Source: Armatimonadota bacterium (GTDB taxonomy: Bacteria > Armatimonadota > Fimbriimonadia > Fimbriimonadales > ATM1). From it: a stretch of DNA of 38,891 nt. The stretch is taken from positions 1 through 38,891 of the forward strand of contig JBFMFD010000001.1 of NCBI GenBank assembly GCA_040752255.1. The letters are read 5' to 3'. Shown one piece after another: positions 8,026 to 17,374 of this stretch (position 1 is its first letter; every line of letters starts with the position of its first letter). The notes beneath the pieces are model-generated. The model was not told the DNA's origin and searched no databases. It was given only the letters and a program-made list of their open reading frames with translations. Made by a program: the position numbers and the translations under genes.

Positions 8026-8643
8026 ATGACCTTGGCATTGATAGCCGCGCTCGCCGGGATGAGTCAAGCCGGTGACGTCGTCCTGTGGGACAACGAGCTT
8101 CAGGCAAACGGCGTGTCGGGAATGGCGGTGTCTGGTCCGCGCTTTCCGACGACGCGCGTCGCGGACGACTTCATCGTTCCAGAGGGCCAGAGGTGGCACA
8201 TCAAGCGCTTCACCTACGTTGCAGCCAATGAACCCACGTGGAAGGACGGAGGCATCTCCGAGATCTGCGTGTGGTCTGATAACGGCGGCCGCCCGGACAA
8301 GACGGTAGCAGAAGGAATCTCCCCGCACTCGCGATCGTTTCAAACCGTGATTGATGGGATGGACTGCTACATCTACACGGTGAAGGGGCTTGACATCGTG
8401 TTGCCGCCGGGCCGGTATTGGATCGGCCCGCACCACCCCGAGGCGAGCGGCGAAGGCACCGCATGGTGGATGACGTCAAGCGGCGGCAAACGTGAGCCGG
8501 CGAACCTTCAGGGCTGGGTCTCACACGACTACCAAGACGGTAAAGGCAATTGGACTACACTCGACGGAAACGGCTGGGATGGAGGCTACTGGCATCAAGC
8601 ATTCCAGATCGGGGGCAGGGTTCTCCGGGGAGGCGAGCAATGA
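8026..8643 (+). CDS. Secreted protein of unknown function, paralog 1 of 3 (N-domain only)
   Basis: ATG 8026 is preceded by AAAGGAGG. The signal peptide is MTLALIAALAGMSQAG. It shares DVVLWDN, FP..RVADDF, YWIG.HHPE.SGEGTAWWMTS and WHQAF with the next two genes. The track start at 7942 is a TTG extension. Confidence 0.8.
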   Translation: MTLALIAALAGMSQAGDVVLWDNELQANGVSGMAVSGPRFPTTRVADDFIVPEGQRWHIKRFTYVAANEPTWKDGGISEICVWSDNGGRPDKTVAEGISPHSRSFQTVIDGMDCYIYTVKGLDIVLPPGRYWIGPHHPEASGEGTAWWMTSSGGKREPANLQGWVSHDYQDGKGNWTTLDGNGWDGGYWHQAFQIGGRVLRGGEQ

Positions 8644-9722
8644 CAGGGATACTGATTGCCGTTGCTGCGTTGGCGTCGCCTGTTCCGGCAGGCGGCAACG
8701 CAGACCAGCAGGACATGCTTTGGGACAACCAGCTCATCACGAACGGCGTTATGGCAAGGGCAGTGTCGCCGCCTGCGTTTCCGAACATCCGCGTGGTTGA
8801 CGACATCTTCGTTACGCCGGGAACCCAGTGGCACATCGAGTCGCTGAAGGCGGACCTCATTGAGGACTCCACTTGGACGCATGGTGGCCGCATTTCCGTT
8901 TACGTGTGGCTATCCGACGGCAACCGACCTCGAAACGGAAACGTGAACATGATCGCATTCTCGGAGAGGGTGGTCGAGCGCTTCCACACCGGTAACACCT
9001 ATTTCGGTCGCCCTGACTTCCACCATACGGCCCGCAACCTGGACATCACGCTGCCGTCAGGCCAGTACTGGATCGGCATCCGTCACCCGCTGGGAGGCGG
9101 CTCGGGCACCGCGTATTGGTTCACTACCGACGTGGCAGGCACGGACGGAGACGGGACTTCGACGGGCTTTTTCAGCCTTGACGCAGGGGGTACATTCAAC
9201 CCGGAAGGTAGCGGGTGGCACCATGCGTTCGAGCTCCGGGGGCACGAGGAGCCGACAGTCCCCGTCACCTCGATTCAAGTCGTTCGGGGAGAGCGGGTCT
9301 CGGGCGGCACGATCTCGCTGTCGCGGAGCGACGATGATCGCTACATCATCAGCGCTCGCCGGCCTACCGCAGTCGGGCAACCTTCCGTCGAGGTAATCGT
9401 CGAGGGTCGCGCTACGCCGGGCGACGTGACGTGGACTTCCTTCACGCTTGAGAGCAAGGCCACCGCGTGGCCGGTGAGGCAGCAAATCGAGTTGTGGAAT
9501 TTTGAATCGAACACCTGGAACTTGATCCACGAGCGGATCGCGATTGCCGACGACTTCTTCAGCTTCCGCCGCCTTCGGGCGAGGCGAAACGAGGCGCCGG
9601 GGCGATACGTCTCTGCGAATGGCACCGTCCGTGCGCGATTGACATGGTTCGACCTGGGAGTCACCAGCGTCGGCTGGACGGTTCAAATTGACCAAGCCGG
9701 ATGGCACGTGGTGGCGAACTAA
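8640..9722 (+). CDS. Secreted protein of unknown function, paralog 2 of 3 (N-domain plus shared C-terminal module)
   Basis: ATG 8640 overlaps the paralog-1 stop (ATGA) and is preceded by GGGGAGG. The signal peptide is MTGILIAVAALASPVPAGG. Shared motifs are DMLWDN, FPNIRVVDDI, YWIGIRHPLGGGSGTAYWFTT and WHHAFEL. Confidence 0.85.
   Translation: MTGILIAVAALASPVPAGGNADQQDMLWDNQLITNGVMARAVSPPAFPNIRVVDDIFVTPGTQWHIESLKADLIEDSTWTHGGRISVYVWLSDGNRPRNGNVNMIAFSERVVERFHTGNTYFGRPDFHHTARNLDITLPSGQYWIGIRHPLGGGSGTAYWFTTDVAGTDGDGTSTGFFSLDAGGTFNPEGSGWHHAFELRGHEEPTVPVTSIQVVRGERVSGGTISLSRSDDDRYIISARRPTAVGQPSVEVIVEGRATPGDVTWTSFTLESKATAWPVRQQIELWNFESNTWNLIHERIAIADDFFSFRRLRARRNEAPGRYVSANGTVRARLTWFDLGVTSVGWTVQIDQAGWHVVAN
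9255..9722 (+). other. Shared C-terminal module (about 155 aa), copy in paralog 2
   Basis: IQVVRGERVSGGTISLSRSDDDRYIISARRPTAVGQPSVEVIV...IELWNFESNTW...FFSFRR...GTVRARLTWFDLGVTSVGWTVQIDQAGWHVVAN. This is collinear with 10402..10878 and 30574..31032. Confidence 0.8.
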
Positions 9723-9744
9723 TCGAGTGCGGAGAAGAGGAACG

Positions 9745-10878
9745 ATGAAGAGGAATACGGCCAACGACGCGAGGCTGTTCAAATGGCGCACGGCTTCGCC
9801 CTGCCTTTCGTTGCTCCCGTTGTTGCTCCTCACGCCAAATCCCGACCAGCGGGATGTGCTGTGGGACAACCACATCATTCTGAAGGGCGACATCACCGGC
9901 CGAGCGATCTCGCCGCCCGCGTTTCCTAGCATTCGAGTTGTGGACGACATTCCGGTCACGATTCGCACTCGCTGGCACGTTACGTCGGCATGGCTGAACA
10001 CGATCGAAGACGGCGCCTGGCGGCCCCGAGAAACGATGGAGCTCTTCGTTTGGAAACAAGCGCCGAGCGGTGGGGGCCCGCACCCCGGGCAGGACGGCAT
10101 CGTCGCGTGGCTGGAAGCCCCGCTTAGGCGTTCGGCCACCGGCGCTACGTACTTCGGTCGGGCGGCATACCTTCATGGCATCGAGGACTTGGACCTTGTC
10201 CTGGGCACTGACGCGAAGTTCGTCGGCTTCAGACACCCTGAAGGCTCCGGCTCGGGGACAGCCTATTGGATGACGAGCGACGGTAAAAACGACCACGGCC
10301 GGGGGCGGTTTCACTACTACAGCCTCGACCAGGGCGGGACCTGGATAAACGCCGGCATCCGGTGGCACAACTCGTTTATCCTCTACGGCTACGAGGAGCC
10401 GTCCGTGCCTCCCTCCTTCTTCGTCATCTCGCGTGGCGCTCACGTCTCCGGCGGGACGATCTCGCTTTCACGCGTGGACGACGATCGACTGGTCATCAGC
10501 CCGCGCCGGCCGATCGAGGTGAATGCGCCGTCAGCCGAGTTGATCGTCAACTCGAATGTTGGACCAAACTCCGGCGCGGCGTGGCTCTCCTTCACCCTGC
10601 TTTCCAACGTAACGGCGCAGGGTGTTGATCAAGAGGTGTGGTTTTGGGATCACGTGAACCGAAGATGGGTGCTGGCGCATTTCCGCCGTGCCGACACCGA
10701 GGAAGTCTTCAGCTTCAGGCGTTATCGAGAAGGCACCGTGTTTGACACCGACCCGACGCTGTTCGTCGCTGCGGACGGGACCGTTACCGCGCGCATCCGC
10801 TGGTTCGACCGGGGCGTGCCTTCGGTCGGCTGGACGGTGCAGGTGAACCAGGCGGGATGGCACGCCGTGCTCAACTGA
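9745..10878 (+). CDS. Secreted protein of unknown function, paralog 3 of 3 (N-domain plus shared C-terminal module)
   Basis: ATG 9745 is preceded by a GAGAAGAGGA RBS. The hydrophobic leader is CLSLLPLLLL. Shared motifs are DVLWDN, FPSIRVVDDI, RHPEGSGSGTAYWMTS and WHNSF. Confidence 0.85.
   Translation: MKRNTANDARLFKWRTASPCLSLLPLLLLTPNPDQRDVLWDNHIILKGDITGRAISPPAFPSIRVVDDIPVTIRTRWHVTSAWLNTIEDGAWRPRETMELFVWKQAPSGGGPHPGQDGIVAWLEAPLRRSATGATYFGRAAYLHGIEDLDLVLGTDAKFVGFRHPEGSGSGTAYWMTSDGKNDHGRGRFHYYSLDQGGTWINAGIRWHNSFILYGYEEPSVPPSFFVISRGAHVSGGTISLSRVDDDRLVISPRRPIEVNAPSAELIVNSNVGPNSGAAWLSFTLLSNVTAQGVDQEVWFWDHVNRRWVLAHFRRADTEEVFSFRRYREGTVFDTDPTLFVAADGTVTARIRWFDRGVPSVGWTVQVNQAGWHAVLN
10402..10878 (+). 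other. Shared C-terminal module (about 158 aa), copy in paralog 3
   Basis: FVISRGAHVSGGTISLSRVDDDRLVISPRRPIEVNAPSAELIV...EVWFWDHVNRRW...VFSFRR...GTVTARIRWFDRGVPSVGWTVQVNQAGWHAVLN. Confidence 0.8.
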
Positions 10879-10911
10879 CCAGGCGGCGTGCGGGCAGGAC
10901 GGCGAAAGCCG

Positions 10912-10917
10912 TATAAT
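10912..10917 (+). promoter_or_regulatory. Perfect -10 box TATAAT, 6 nt upstream of GTG 10924 (leaderless candidate)
   Basis: GCCG-TATAAT-CGGGCC-GTG. A perfect TATAAT is rare in this GC-rich sequence, and there is no SD. Confidence 0.45.
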
Positions 10918-10923
10918 CGGGCC

Positions 10924-12078
10924 GTGACTGGAACGACGATTGCAGCCGCCGACCTAAAGCAAGTCCGCGAGAAGGTGGAGCGGGGCGAGCGGCTCTCCTT
11001 CGACGATGGAGTGCTCCTTTATCGCCATCCCGATCTCACCGCCGTAGGAGCGCTGGCGAACATCGCGCGCGAACGCAAGCACGGCGACAAGGCGTACTAC
11101 GTTCGCAATCAACACATCAACTACACGAACATCTGCAACAAGTTCTGCAAGTTCTGCTCGTTCTATGCCAAGAAGGGCGGGCCGGATCCGTATGAGATGA
11201 GTCTGGAGGAGGTGCGCAACGTCGTCCGCAAGTACAAAGACGTCCGTATCACCGAGATTCACAGCGTCGGCGGCATCAACCCGCGCATCCCATACGAGTA
11301 CTACCTCGACTTCATCCGAGTCATCAAGGAGGAGCGGCCGGGGATTCACGTCAAGGCGTTCACCGCCGTTGAAATCGTGCAGATTGCCGAGGTCGGCAAG
11401 CGGAGCATCGAGGAGACGCTCGCCGACCTGAAGCAGGCGGGGCTGGACAGCCTGCCCGGCGGCGGCATCGAGGTGCTCAGCGATCGAGTTCACCGCGAAC
11501 TGTTCGGGAAGAAGCTGAACGGCGAAGAGTGGAAACGCGTCGCTCGCGCAGCTGCGGCGCTTGGCCTTCCCCAGTACGCGACGATGCTCTACGGTCACAT
11601 CGAGACCATTGAGGAGCGCGTGGACCACTTAGTGCAACTTCGCGAGTTGCAGGATGAAACGCAGCACTTCTTGTGCATGACGCCGCTGTCGTTTCACCCG
11701 GAGAAGACCGAGTTGGAGCACGTGCCGATGCCGACGGGCGACATGGATCTTCGCAACATCGCGGTTACCCGCCTGATGCTCGACAACTTCGACCACATCA
11801 AGAGCTTCTGGATCATGAACACTCCGGCTATCACGCAGATCGCCCTGTGGTACGGAGCGGACGACTGCGACGGCACGGTGCTCGAGTACGAGATTACGTA
11901 TGAACTGGGCAAGTTCGGCCACAAGAGTCAAGCGCTGACACCGGAGAACATGCGCGCCATGATCCGCGAGGCGGGCCGCACGCCCGTCGAAAGGGACAGC
12001 CACTACAAGGAGATTCCTTACGACGAGGCGGAGGAGCGCACGGAGCAGAAGCGCATCCCATTGCCGGTGGTCGGTTAG
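10924..12078 (+). CDS. Radical SAM menaquinone (futalosine pathway) enzyme, MqnE/MqnC family
   Basis: It contains NINYTNICNKFCKFCSFYA (CxxxCxxC radical SAM cluster), GGIEVL, TMLYGHIETIEERVDHLVQLRELQDETQHF and GADDCDGTVLEYEI. I cannot separate MqnE from MqnC, or from CofH-like enzymes, by eye. The start is either GTG 10924 (preferred, see the -10 box) or the track start at 10888. Confidence 0.8.
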   Translation: MTGTTIAAADLKQVREKVERGERLSFDDGVLLYRHPDLTAVGALANIARERKHGDKAYYVRNQHINYTNICNKFCKFCSFYAKKGGPDPYEMSLEEVRNVVRKYKDVRITEIHSVGGINPRIPYEYYLDFIRVIKEERPGIHVKAFTAVEIVQIAEVGKRSIEETLADLKQAGLDSLPGGGIEVLSDRVHRELFGKKLNGEEWKRVARAAAALGLPQYATMLYGHIETIEERVDHLVQLRELQDETQHFLCMTPLSFHPEKTELEHVPMPTGDMDLRNIAVTRLMLDNFDHIKSFWIMNTPAITQIALWYGADDCDGTVLEYEITYELGKFGHKSQALTPENMRAMIREAGRTPVERDSHYKEIPYDEAEERTEQKRIPLPVVG

Positions 12079-12085
12079 GCGCGGG

Positions 12086-12544
12086 TCATCGCTTGGTTAT
12101 CTTGACTGAGATCATTCGCTGTCCCGAGATGTTCGGCGCGGTAACGTCGAGAATCTGATCTCGAAACTCGAATCGCAGCTTCAGTTTCTTGCCTTCTACG
12201 ACGTATTCACCGTCGGCGGTTCTCACCATCGGCTCGCGACCGCGCGGAGGCGTTGTGTTGACGCTCGGGTCGTCGTCCATGTTGTCGTTGAAGGTGAGGT
12301 CGAGCGTAATGCGCCACCGATTGGTCGCATCCTCGAAGACATGCCCGACCGAGAGCCACACCTCCCGCTCGATCGTCGGCACCTTCACCCTGCCGTAGGC
12401 GAAGTCTCCGTTCTTCGCTTTGATCAGCTCCACAGGCTTCTTCCACACGAGTTTCGTAAAACCCTTGGGCGGCTCCTGCTGAAGCGCGGGAGTCAGCAAG
12501 GCAAGGGCGGCGATTGCGGCGACCATGCTGCGATTATGCCCCAT
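12086..12544 (-). CDS. Small secreted or periplasmic hypothetical protein
   Basis: 152-aa ORF with the hydrophobic leader [16 protein letters not shown] and no recognisable motif. An alternative start at ATG 12526 has CATAAT (12533..12538) 6 nt upstream. Confidence 0.55.
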   Translation of the reverse strand: MGHNRSMVAAIAALALLTPALQQEPPKGFTKLVWKKPVELIKAKNGDFAYGRVKVPTIEREVWLSVGHVFEDATNRWRITLDLTFNDNMDDDPSVNTTPPRGREPMVRTADGEYVVEGKKLKLRFEFRDQILDVTAPNISGQRMISVKITKR

Positions 12545-12585
12545 TTCGCGCCGAGGGACGGCGCGCTGCTACGGGTTGCCGTTTT

Positions 12586-12594
12586 TGGTAGAAT
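12586..12594 (+). promoter_or_regulatory. Extended -10 element TGG-TAGAAT, 8 nt upstream of the uvrA ATG
   Basis: TTTT-TGGTAGAAT-CAGGTCGA-ATG, with no usable SD. Confidence 0.45.
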
Positions 12595-12602
12595 CAGGTC
12601 GA

Positions 12603-15491
12603 ATGTCCCAGGACAGGATCAGCATCCACGGCGCCCGGCAGCACAACCTCAAGAACCTGAGCCTGGAGATCCCCCGCGACCGGCTTGTGGTCATCACGGG
12701 TTTGAGCGGCTCGGGCAAGTCATCGCTTGCGTTCGACACCCTGTATGCAGAGGGGCAGCGGCGCTACGTTGAATCTCTGAGCGCCTATGCGCGGCAGTTC
12801 CTCGGGCAGATGGACAAGCCGGACGTAGACCACATTGACGGGCTGTCTCCCGCCGTGAGCATTGACCAGAAGTCCGCCAGTCGGAACCCTCGCTCGACGG
12901 TCGGCACGGTTACTGAAATCTATGATTATCTTCGCATTCTGTACGCGCGGGCGGGGGTTCCCCACTGCCCCGGCTGCGGCAAGCCGATCCAGAGAATGAC
13001 GGTTGAGCAGATCGTGGACGCGACCCTTGAGTTCGGCGAAGGCGCGCGCCTGCAGGTCCTCGCGCCCATCGTGCGCGGGAAGAAGGGCGAGTTCAAGTCC
13101 GTCATCCAAGACGTCGCCAGGCAGGGCTACGTGCGCGTGCGTGTGGACGGCAAGATGTTTGAGGTAACAGACGACATTCCGATGCACCGCTACAAGAAGC
13201 ACACCATCGAGGCGGTGGTTGACAGACTTGTGTTGAAGGATGGCATCGAGCAGCGCCTGGCGGACAGCATCGAAACCGCACTGAAGATGGGCGAGGGGCT
13301 GGTCACCATCGGCGAGCCCGACGGGGAGGAGCGGCTGTTCAGCGAGAAGTTCTCGTGTCCTGATTGTGGTATCGCGCTCGGGGACATCGAGCCGCGCATG
13401 TTTTCGTTCAACTCTCCGTATGGCGCGTGCGACGAGTGCATGGGCTTGGGGACGAAGACGGAGTTCGACCCCGAGCGAATCGTCGGGGATCCGAATCTGC
13501 CGCTCCGTGCCGGCGCCCTGACTCCCTTCGTACACAAGAACGGCGAGTTGAAGGAATGGTGGCCGGAACTGTTCGACGCTCTCGGACGCCACATGGGCTT
13601 CGACGCTTCCCTTCCCTTCCGAAAACTGTCGTCGGAGGCGAAGCGGGCGGTGTTTGAAGGTGTGCCGGAAAAGATCACCGTGGAGATGCGATACGGTTCG
13701 AATCGCATGCGCAAGTTCGAGACCTCATTTGAAGGCGTCCTCAACTACTTGAAGCGGCGATACGAAACAACCGAGAGCGATTGGGTCAAGCAGGACCTCG
13801 AACAGTATATGTCCACGCGGCCGTGTCCGAAGTGCGGGGGCAAGCGATTGAAGCCCGAAGCGTTGGCGGTTACGATTGACGAGCGCAGCATCTCGGACGT
13901 TACCGAGATGTCGGTGCGCGACGCGCTTGCGCTCTTCGAGCGCCTGCCGAAGCGCCTGAGCGAGCGGCAGCGGGCAATCGGCACGCGGGCGATACGAGAG
14001 ATTCGTGAGCGACTCGGCTTCTTGAACGACGTTGGCCTCGGCTACTTGACGCTCAGCCGCAACGCGCGGACGCTTGCCGGTGGCGAGGCGCAACGCATTC
14101 GGCTCGCAACGCAGATCGGCTCGGGCCTGATGGGCGTTTTGTACATCCTGGACGAGCCAAGCATCGGCCTTCACCAGCGAGACAACGCCCGACTCATCGA
14201 GACGCTGTTACGCTTGCGTGACCTGGGGAACACAGTCATTGTTGTTGAACATGATGAGGAGATGATACGAACCGCCGATTGGATCATTGACCTCGGCCCT
14301 GGCGCAGGCGCCGACGGCGGCGAGGTCGTGGCTGAGGGGACGTTGAAGGAGTTCCTGAAATCACCCAGCCTGACGGCGAAGTACCTGCGAGGCGAGGAGC
14401 GAATCCCCGTCCCGCCGATGCGCCGCGAGCCGAAGGGCATGCTGCGAATCGAAGGCGCGAGCGGCAACAACCTGAAGAGTATTGACGTCGAGATCCCGCT
14501 CGCAGCGTTTACTTGCGTTACGGGCGTCTCCGGCTCGGGCAAGTCAACGCTTGTCCAAGACACGCTGTTCCCCAGATTGATGTATGAGGTGTACGGCACG
14601 CGGGGCGCATGGCAGCCTCACAAAGGCATCCGAGGCTTGGCGGCGATCGACAAGGTGATTGACATTGACCAATCGCCGATCGGTAGAACACCTCGCAGCA
14701 ACCCCGCGACCTACACGGGCGTGTTCGACATGATCCGCGAGCTTTTCGCCATGACGCCGGACGCGAAGATGCGCGGCTACAAGCCGGGCCGCTTCTCTTT
14801 CAACGTGAAGGGTGGACGGTGCGAGGCGTGCAAGGGAGACGGAATCATCCGCATCGAGATGGTGTTCCTTCCGGATGTGTATGTGCCGTGTGAGGTGTGC
14901 AAGGGCAAGCGGTACAACCGAGAGACGCTTGAGATACGCTACAAGGGCAAGAACATCGCAGACGTGCTGGACATGAGCATCACGGAAGCGCTCGATTTCT
15001 TCTCGCCCATTCCGAAGATTCGCCGGCGGCTGCAAACGTTGCACGATGTCGGGCTTGGCTACGTCAAACTCGGCCAGCCGGCGACGACGCTCAGCGGCGG
15101 CGAGGCGCAGCGCATCAAACTCTCCGCCGAACTCGGCAAGCGCGATACCGGCCAGACGTTCTACATCCTCGACGAGCCTACGACAGGTTTGCACTTCGAC
15201 GACATTCGAAAACTGCTCGGCGTGCTGCATCGTCTTGTCGAACAAGGCAACACGGTGCTGGTCATCGAGCATAACTTGGACGTCATCAAGACGGCGGATT
15301 GGGTGATTGACCTCGGGCCCGAGGGCGGAGACGCCGGCGGCGAAGTCGTCGCGGTTGGGCCACCGGAAGAGATAGCACGGTGCAAGCACAGCCTCACCGG
15401 CAAGTATCTCGCCCCTCTGCTTGACCTGCCGCACCGAAACGGGAAGCGCCGGGTGAACCGAAGCCCGCGCAAGAAGGCGAAGACGCGATGA
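12603..15491 (+). CDS. uvrA: Excinuclease ABC subunit A
   Basis: [66 protein letters not shown]. It has two ABC modules ([16 protein letters not shown]; LSGGEAQRI twice) and zinc-finger CxxC pairs. The track start at 12525 is an extension. Confidence 0.98.
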   Translation: MSQDRISIHGARQHNLKNLSLEIPRDRLVVITGLSGSGKSSLAFDTLYAEGQRRYVESLSAYARQFLGQMDKPDVDHIDGLSPAVSIDQKSASRNPRSTVGTVTEIYDYLRILYARAGVPHCPGCGKPIQRMTVEQIVDATLEFGEGARLQVLAPIVRGKKGEFKSVIQDVARQGYVRVRVDGKMFEVTDDIPMHRYKKHTIEAVVDRLVLKDGIEQRLADSIETALKMGEGLVTIGEPDGEERLFSEKFSCPDCGIALGDIEPRMFSFNSPYGACDECMGLGTKTEFDPERIVGDPNLPLRAGALTPFVHKNGELKEWWPELFDALGRHMGFDASLPFRKLSSEAKRAVFEGVPEKITVEMRYGSNRMRKFETSFEGVLNYLKRRYETTESDWVKQDLEQYMSTRPCPKCGGKRLKPEALAVTIDERSISDVTEMSVRDALALFERLPKRLSERQRAIGTRAIREIRERLGFLNDVGLGYLTLSRNARTLAGGEAQRIRLATQIGSGLMGVLYILDEPSIGLHQRDNARLIETLLRLRDLGNTVIVVEHDEEMIRTADWIIDLGPGAGADGGEVVAEGTLKEFLKSPSLTAKYLRGEERIPVPPMRREPKGMLRIEGASGNNLKSIDVEIPLAAFTCVTGVSGSGKSTLVQDTLFPRLMYEVYGTRGAWQPHKGIRGLAAIDKVIDIDQSPIGRTPRSNPATYTGVFDMIRELFAMTPDAKMRGYKPGRFSFNVKGGRCEACKGDGIIRIEMVFLPDVYVPCEVCKGKRYNRETLEIRYKGKNIADVLDMSITEALDFFSPIPKIRRRLQTLHDVGLGYVKLGQPATTLSGGEAQRIKLSAELGKRDTGQTFYILDEPTTGLHFDDIRKLLGVLHRLVEQGNTVLVIEHNLDVIKTADWVIDLGPEGGDAGGEVVAVGPPEEIARCKHSLTGKYLAPLLDLPHRNGKRRVNRSPRKKAKTR

Positions 15492-15901
15492 ACCGACAGG
15501 CGGAGACGATGCTGACGTGCTTCATCCTCTGGGCGGTCTCACTGCTCGCGTTTGTGCTGTACCTCATCCTACGCAGCACGTTTACTTGGGACGCCGTCAT
15601 CATCGGAATGGTCGCGACCGGAGCGCCCGCATGCATGCTCGCGGTCGGGTTCACCGTCATGGGGGCCGAGGGGAGACCCACGTCCGCGCCGGAGGCGGCC
15701 ACACTCTCGGTGGTGTCGGCGCTACTCATCGTGTCTGCGGCAAGCCTCGTCTTCGCCTTCGCGCCCGAGATGAGCGCTGACCCCGGTACGCGCGGGGCAA
15801 CCGCCCTCGCCTCCTGGCAGTTGCCGCTCGGAATAGCGGTGGCATTGTTTCTTGTGCTCTACCTCACGCGGAGGCAAGGCGCGGATCCGGAGGTAGACTG
15901 A
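15488..15901 (+). CDS. Integral membrane hypothetical protein (about 4 TM helices)
   Basis: ATGA overlap with the uvrA stop. It has four hydrophobic stretches ([76 protein letters not shown]). Confidence 0.6.
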   Translation: MNRQAETMLTCFILWAVSLLAFVLYLILRSTFTWDAVIIGMVATGAPACMLAVGFTVMGAEGRPTSAPEAATLSVVSALLIVSAASLVFAFAPEMSADPGTRGATALASWQLPLGIAVALFLVLYLTRRQGADPEVD

Positions 15902-15911
15902 GCGGGCCCCT

Positions 15912-16838
15912 ATGCTCACGTTCTTCGGGCTACCCGACTTCCAGCGTGACCGCCTTCCGCCGCTGTGCGTGAGCATCGGCGTGTTTGACGGGCTGCACCT
16001 GGGGCACCGAGAGGTAGTGAGCGCAGGGATGCGGGACGCTCGCGATTCAGGGATTCCCTGCGCGGCGCTGACGTTTGACCGTCACCCTCTCGCGCTTCTG
16101 CGCCCTGAGCAGGCTCCACCGATGTTGTGCTCCCTCGGTGAACGCTTGCGGCTGCTTGAGGGAATGGGCGTGGATATGGCAGTCGTCGTCCCGTTCGATC
16201 TCAAGTTCGCATCCCAATCGCCGGATGAGTTCCTCAGCTCCGTTCTGCGCGAGTCGTTGAACGCCCAGCGGGTCGTAGTGGGGCATGACTTTCGGTTCGG
16301 GAGGCACCGTGTGGGCGATGCGGCGTGGCTGAGCGAGCGGATATCAACGCGCGTTGTGCCGCCGGTTGAAATGGATGGCGAGCGCGTGAGCTCATCTCGC
16401 ATTCGCGCCATGGTCGCCTCTGGCGATGTGGAGGGAGCCGCCCGACTGCTCGGCAGAAGGTTCAGCATCGAGGGCTTCGTCGTTCCGGGGAACCGGCTGG
16501 GGACAACGCTCGGCGTCCCGACGGCGAACCTTGCGCCTATCGAGGGGATCGCCCTGCCGTCGAACGGCATCTACGCCGGTGTGGCAACGGTTGACGGCAA
16601 GGCGTTTCCGGCCGCCGTCAGCGTCGGCGATCGCCCAACCGTGCCGGGTGCGGGCTTCGCCATCGAGGCGCACCTGGTGGATTATGTCGGCGGGTCGCTC
16701 TACGGCAAAGCGATGCGCCTGGAGTTCGCCCGCCGCCTGCGGAACGAGGAGCGGTTCGACACGACGGACGCAATGCTGGTACAGATGCGGCGCGACATCG
16801 AGGAGGTTCGTCACGTCTTGGAGGATGTTCATGCCTAA
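15912..16838 (+). CDS. ribF: Bifunctional riboflavin kinase / FMN adenylyltransferase
   Basis: GVFDGLHLGHREV, LTFDRHP, VVGHDFRFG, SSSRIR, PTANL and IEAHL.D......LYG...RLEF..RLR.E.RF. Confidence 0.93.
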   Translation: MLTFFGLPDFQRDRLPPLCVSIGVFDGLHLGHREVVSAGMRDARDSGIPCAALTFDRHPLALLRPEQAPPMLCSLGERLRLLEGMGVDMAVVVPFDLKFASQSPDEFLSSVLRESLNAQRVVVGHDFRFGRHRVGDAAWLSERISTRVVPPVEMDGERVSSSRIRAMVASGDVEGAARLLGRRFSIEGFVVPGNRLGTTLGVPTANLAPIEGIALPSNGIYAGVATVDGKAFPAAVSVGDRPTVPGAGFAIEAHLVDYVGGSLYGKAMRLEFARRLRNEERFDTTDAMLVQMRRDIEEVRHVLEDVHA

Positions 16839-17364
16839 ACTTCCCGTTTGGATGTGGGCCGCGCTCTTTGCTTGCGTCGCCTTGCTCGTGCTTGTGGTGA
16901 TCAACATCGTCGCCGTGATGAACAAGCCGAACGACGAGACGCAGATCCTGCAGGCGCTCGAGGAGATGCGCGTAGCCAGCATCGAAGGCCGCCCAGGCGG
17001 GGTGCTGGAGTACATCTCAGACAGCATCGAATTGCCGACTCAACCGGAGGATCAATGGATGGGTCGGTCGCCGAAGGCGCAGATCGCGCGCTTTCTGCGG
17101 CAGGCGGAGATCCGAAGCGTCGAAATATCGGACACGAAGGTTGAACTTCACGGAGAGTTGGCGCAGGTAACGTGCTCGGTTCGCGCGGACTTGTCGTATC
17201 CCGCCTTCGGCGACGTTCCCATTGCGTTTGACCGAGTCGTCATCGAGTTTCGGCGTGAAGCAAGCCGGAGGCTGTTCGTCGTGCCGGATTCCACTTGGCG
17301 AGTCGTCCGGTTTCAGCCTGTCTCGCTTCCGAGCGTAGACGGGATGCCTCTGCTGTCGAGGTAA
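16831..17364 (+). CDS. Membrane-anchored hypothetical protein (single N-terminal TM; NTF2/SnoaL-like fold is a guess)
   Basis: ATG 16831 overlaps the ribF 3' end by 8 nt. The TM anchor is MPKLPVWMWAALFACVALLVLVVINIVAV. The rest of track ORF 16426..17364 is an out-of-frame overlap with ribF. Confidence 0.55.
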   Translation: MPKLPVWMWAALFACVALLVLVVINIVAVMNKPNDETQILQALEEMRVASIEGRPGGVLEYISDSIELPTQPEDQWMGRSPKAQIARFLRQAEIRSVEISDTKVELHGELAQVTCSVRADLSYPAFGDVPIAFDRVVIEFRREASRRLFVVPDSTWRVVRFQPVSLPSVDGMPLLSR

Positions 17365-17374
17365 TCTGAACCGC

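Noticed and set aside
12545-12602. LexA/SOS box upstream of uvrA
   Set aside because: No CTGT-N8-ACAG, GAAC-N4-GTTC or GTTC-N7-GTTC type motif is present. Only a loose CTAC...GTAG symmetry overlaps the -10 region.
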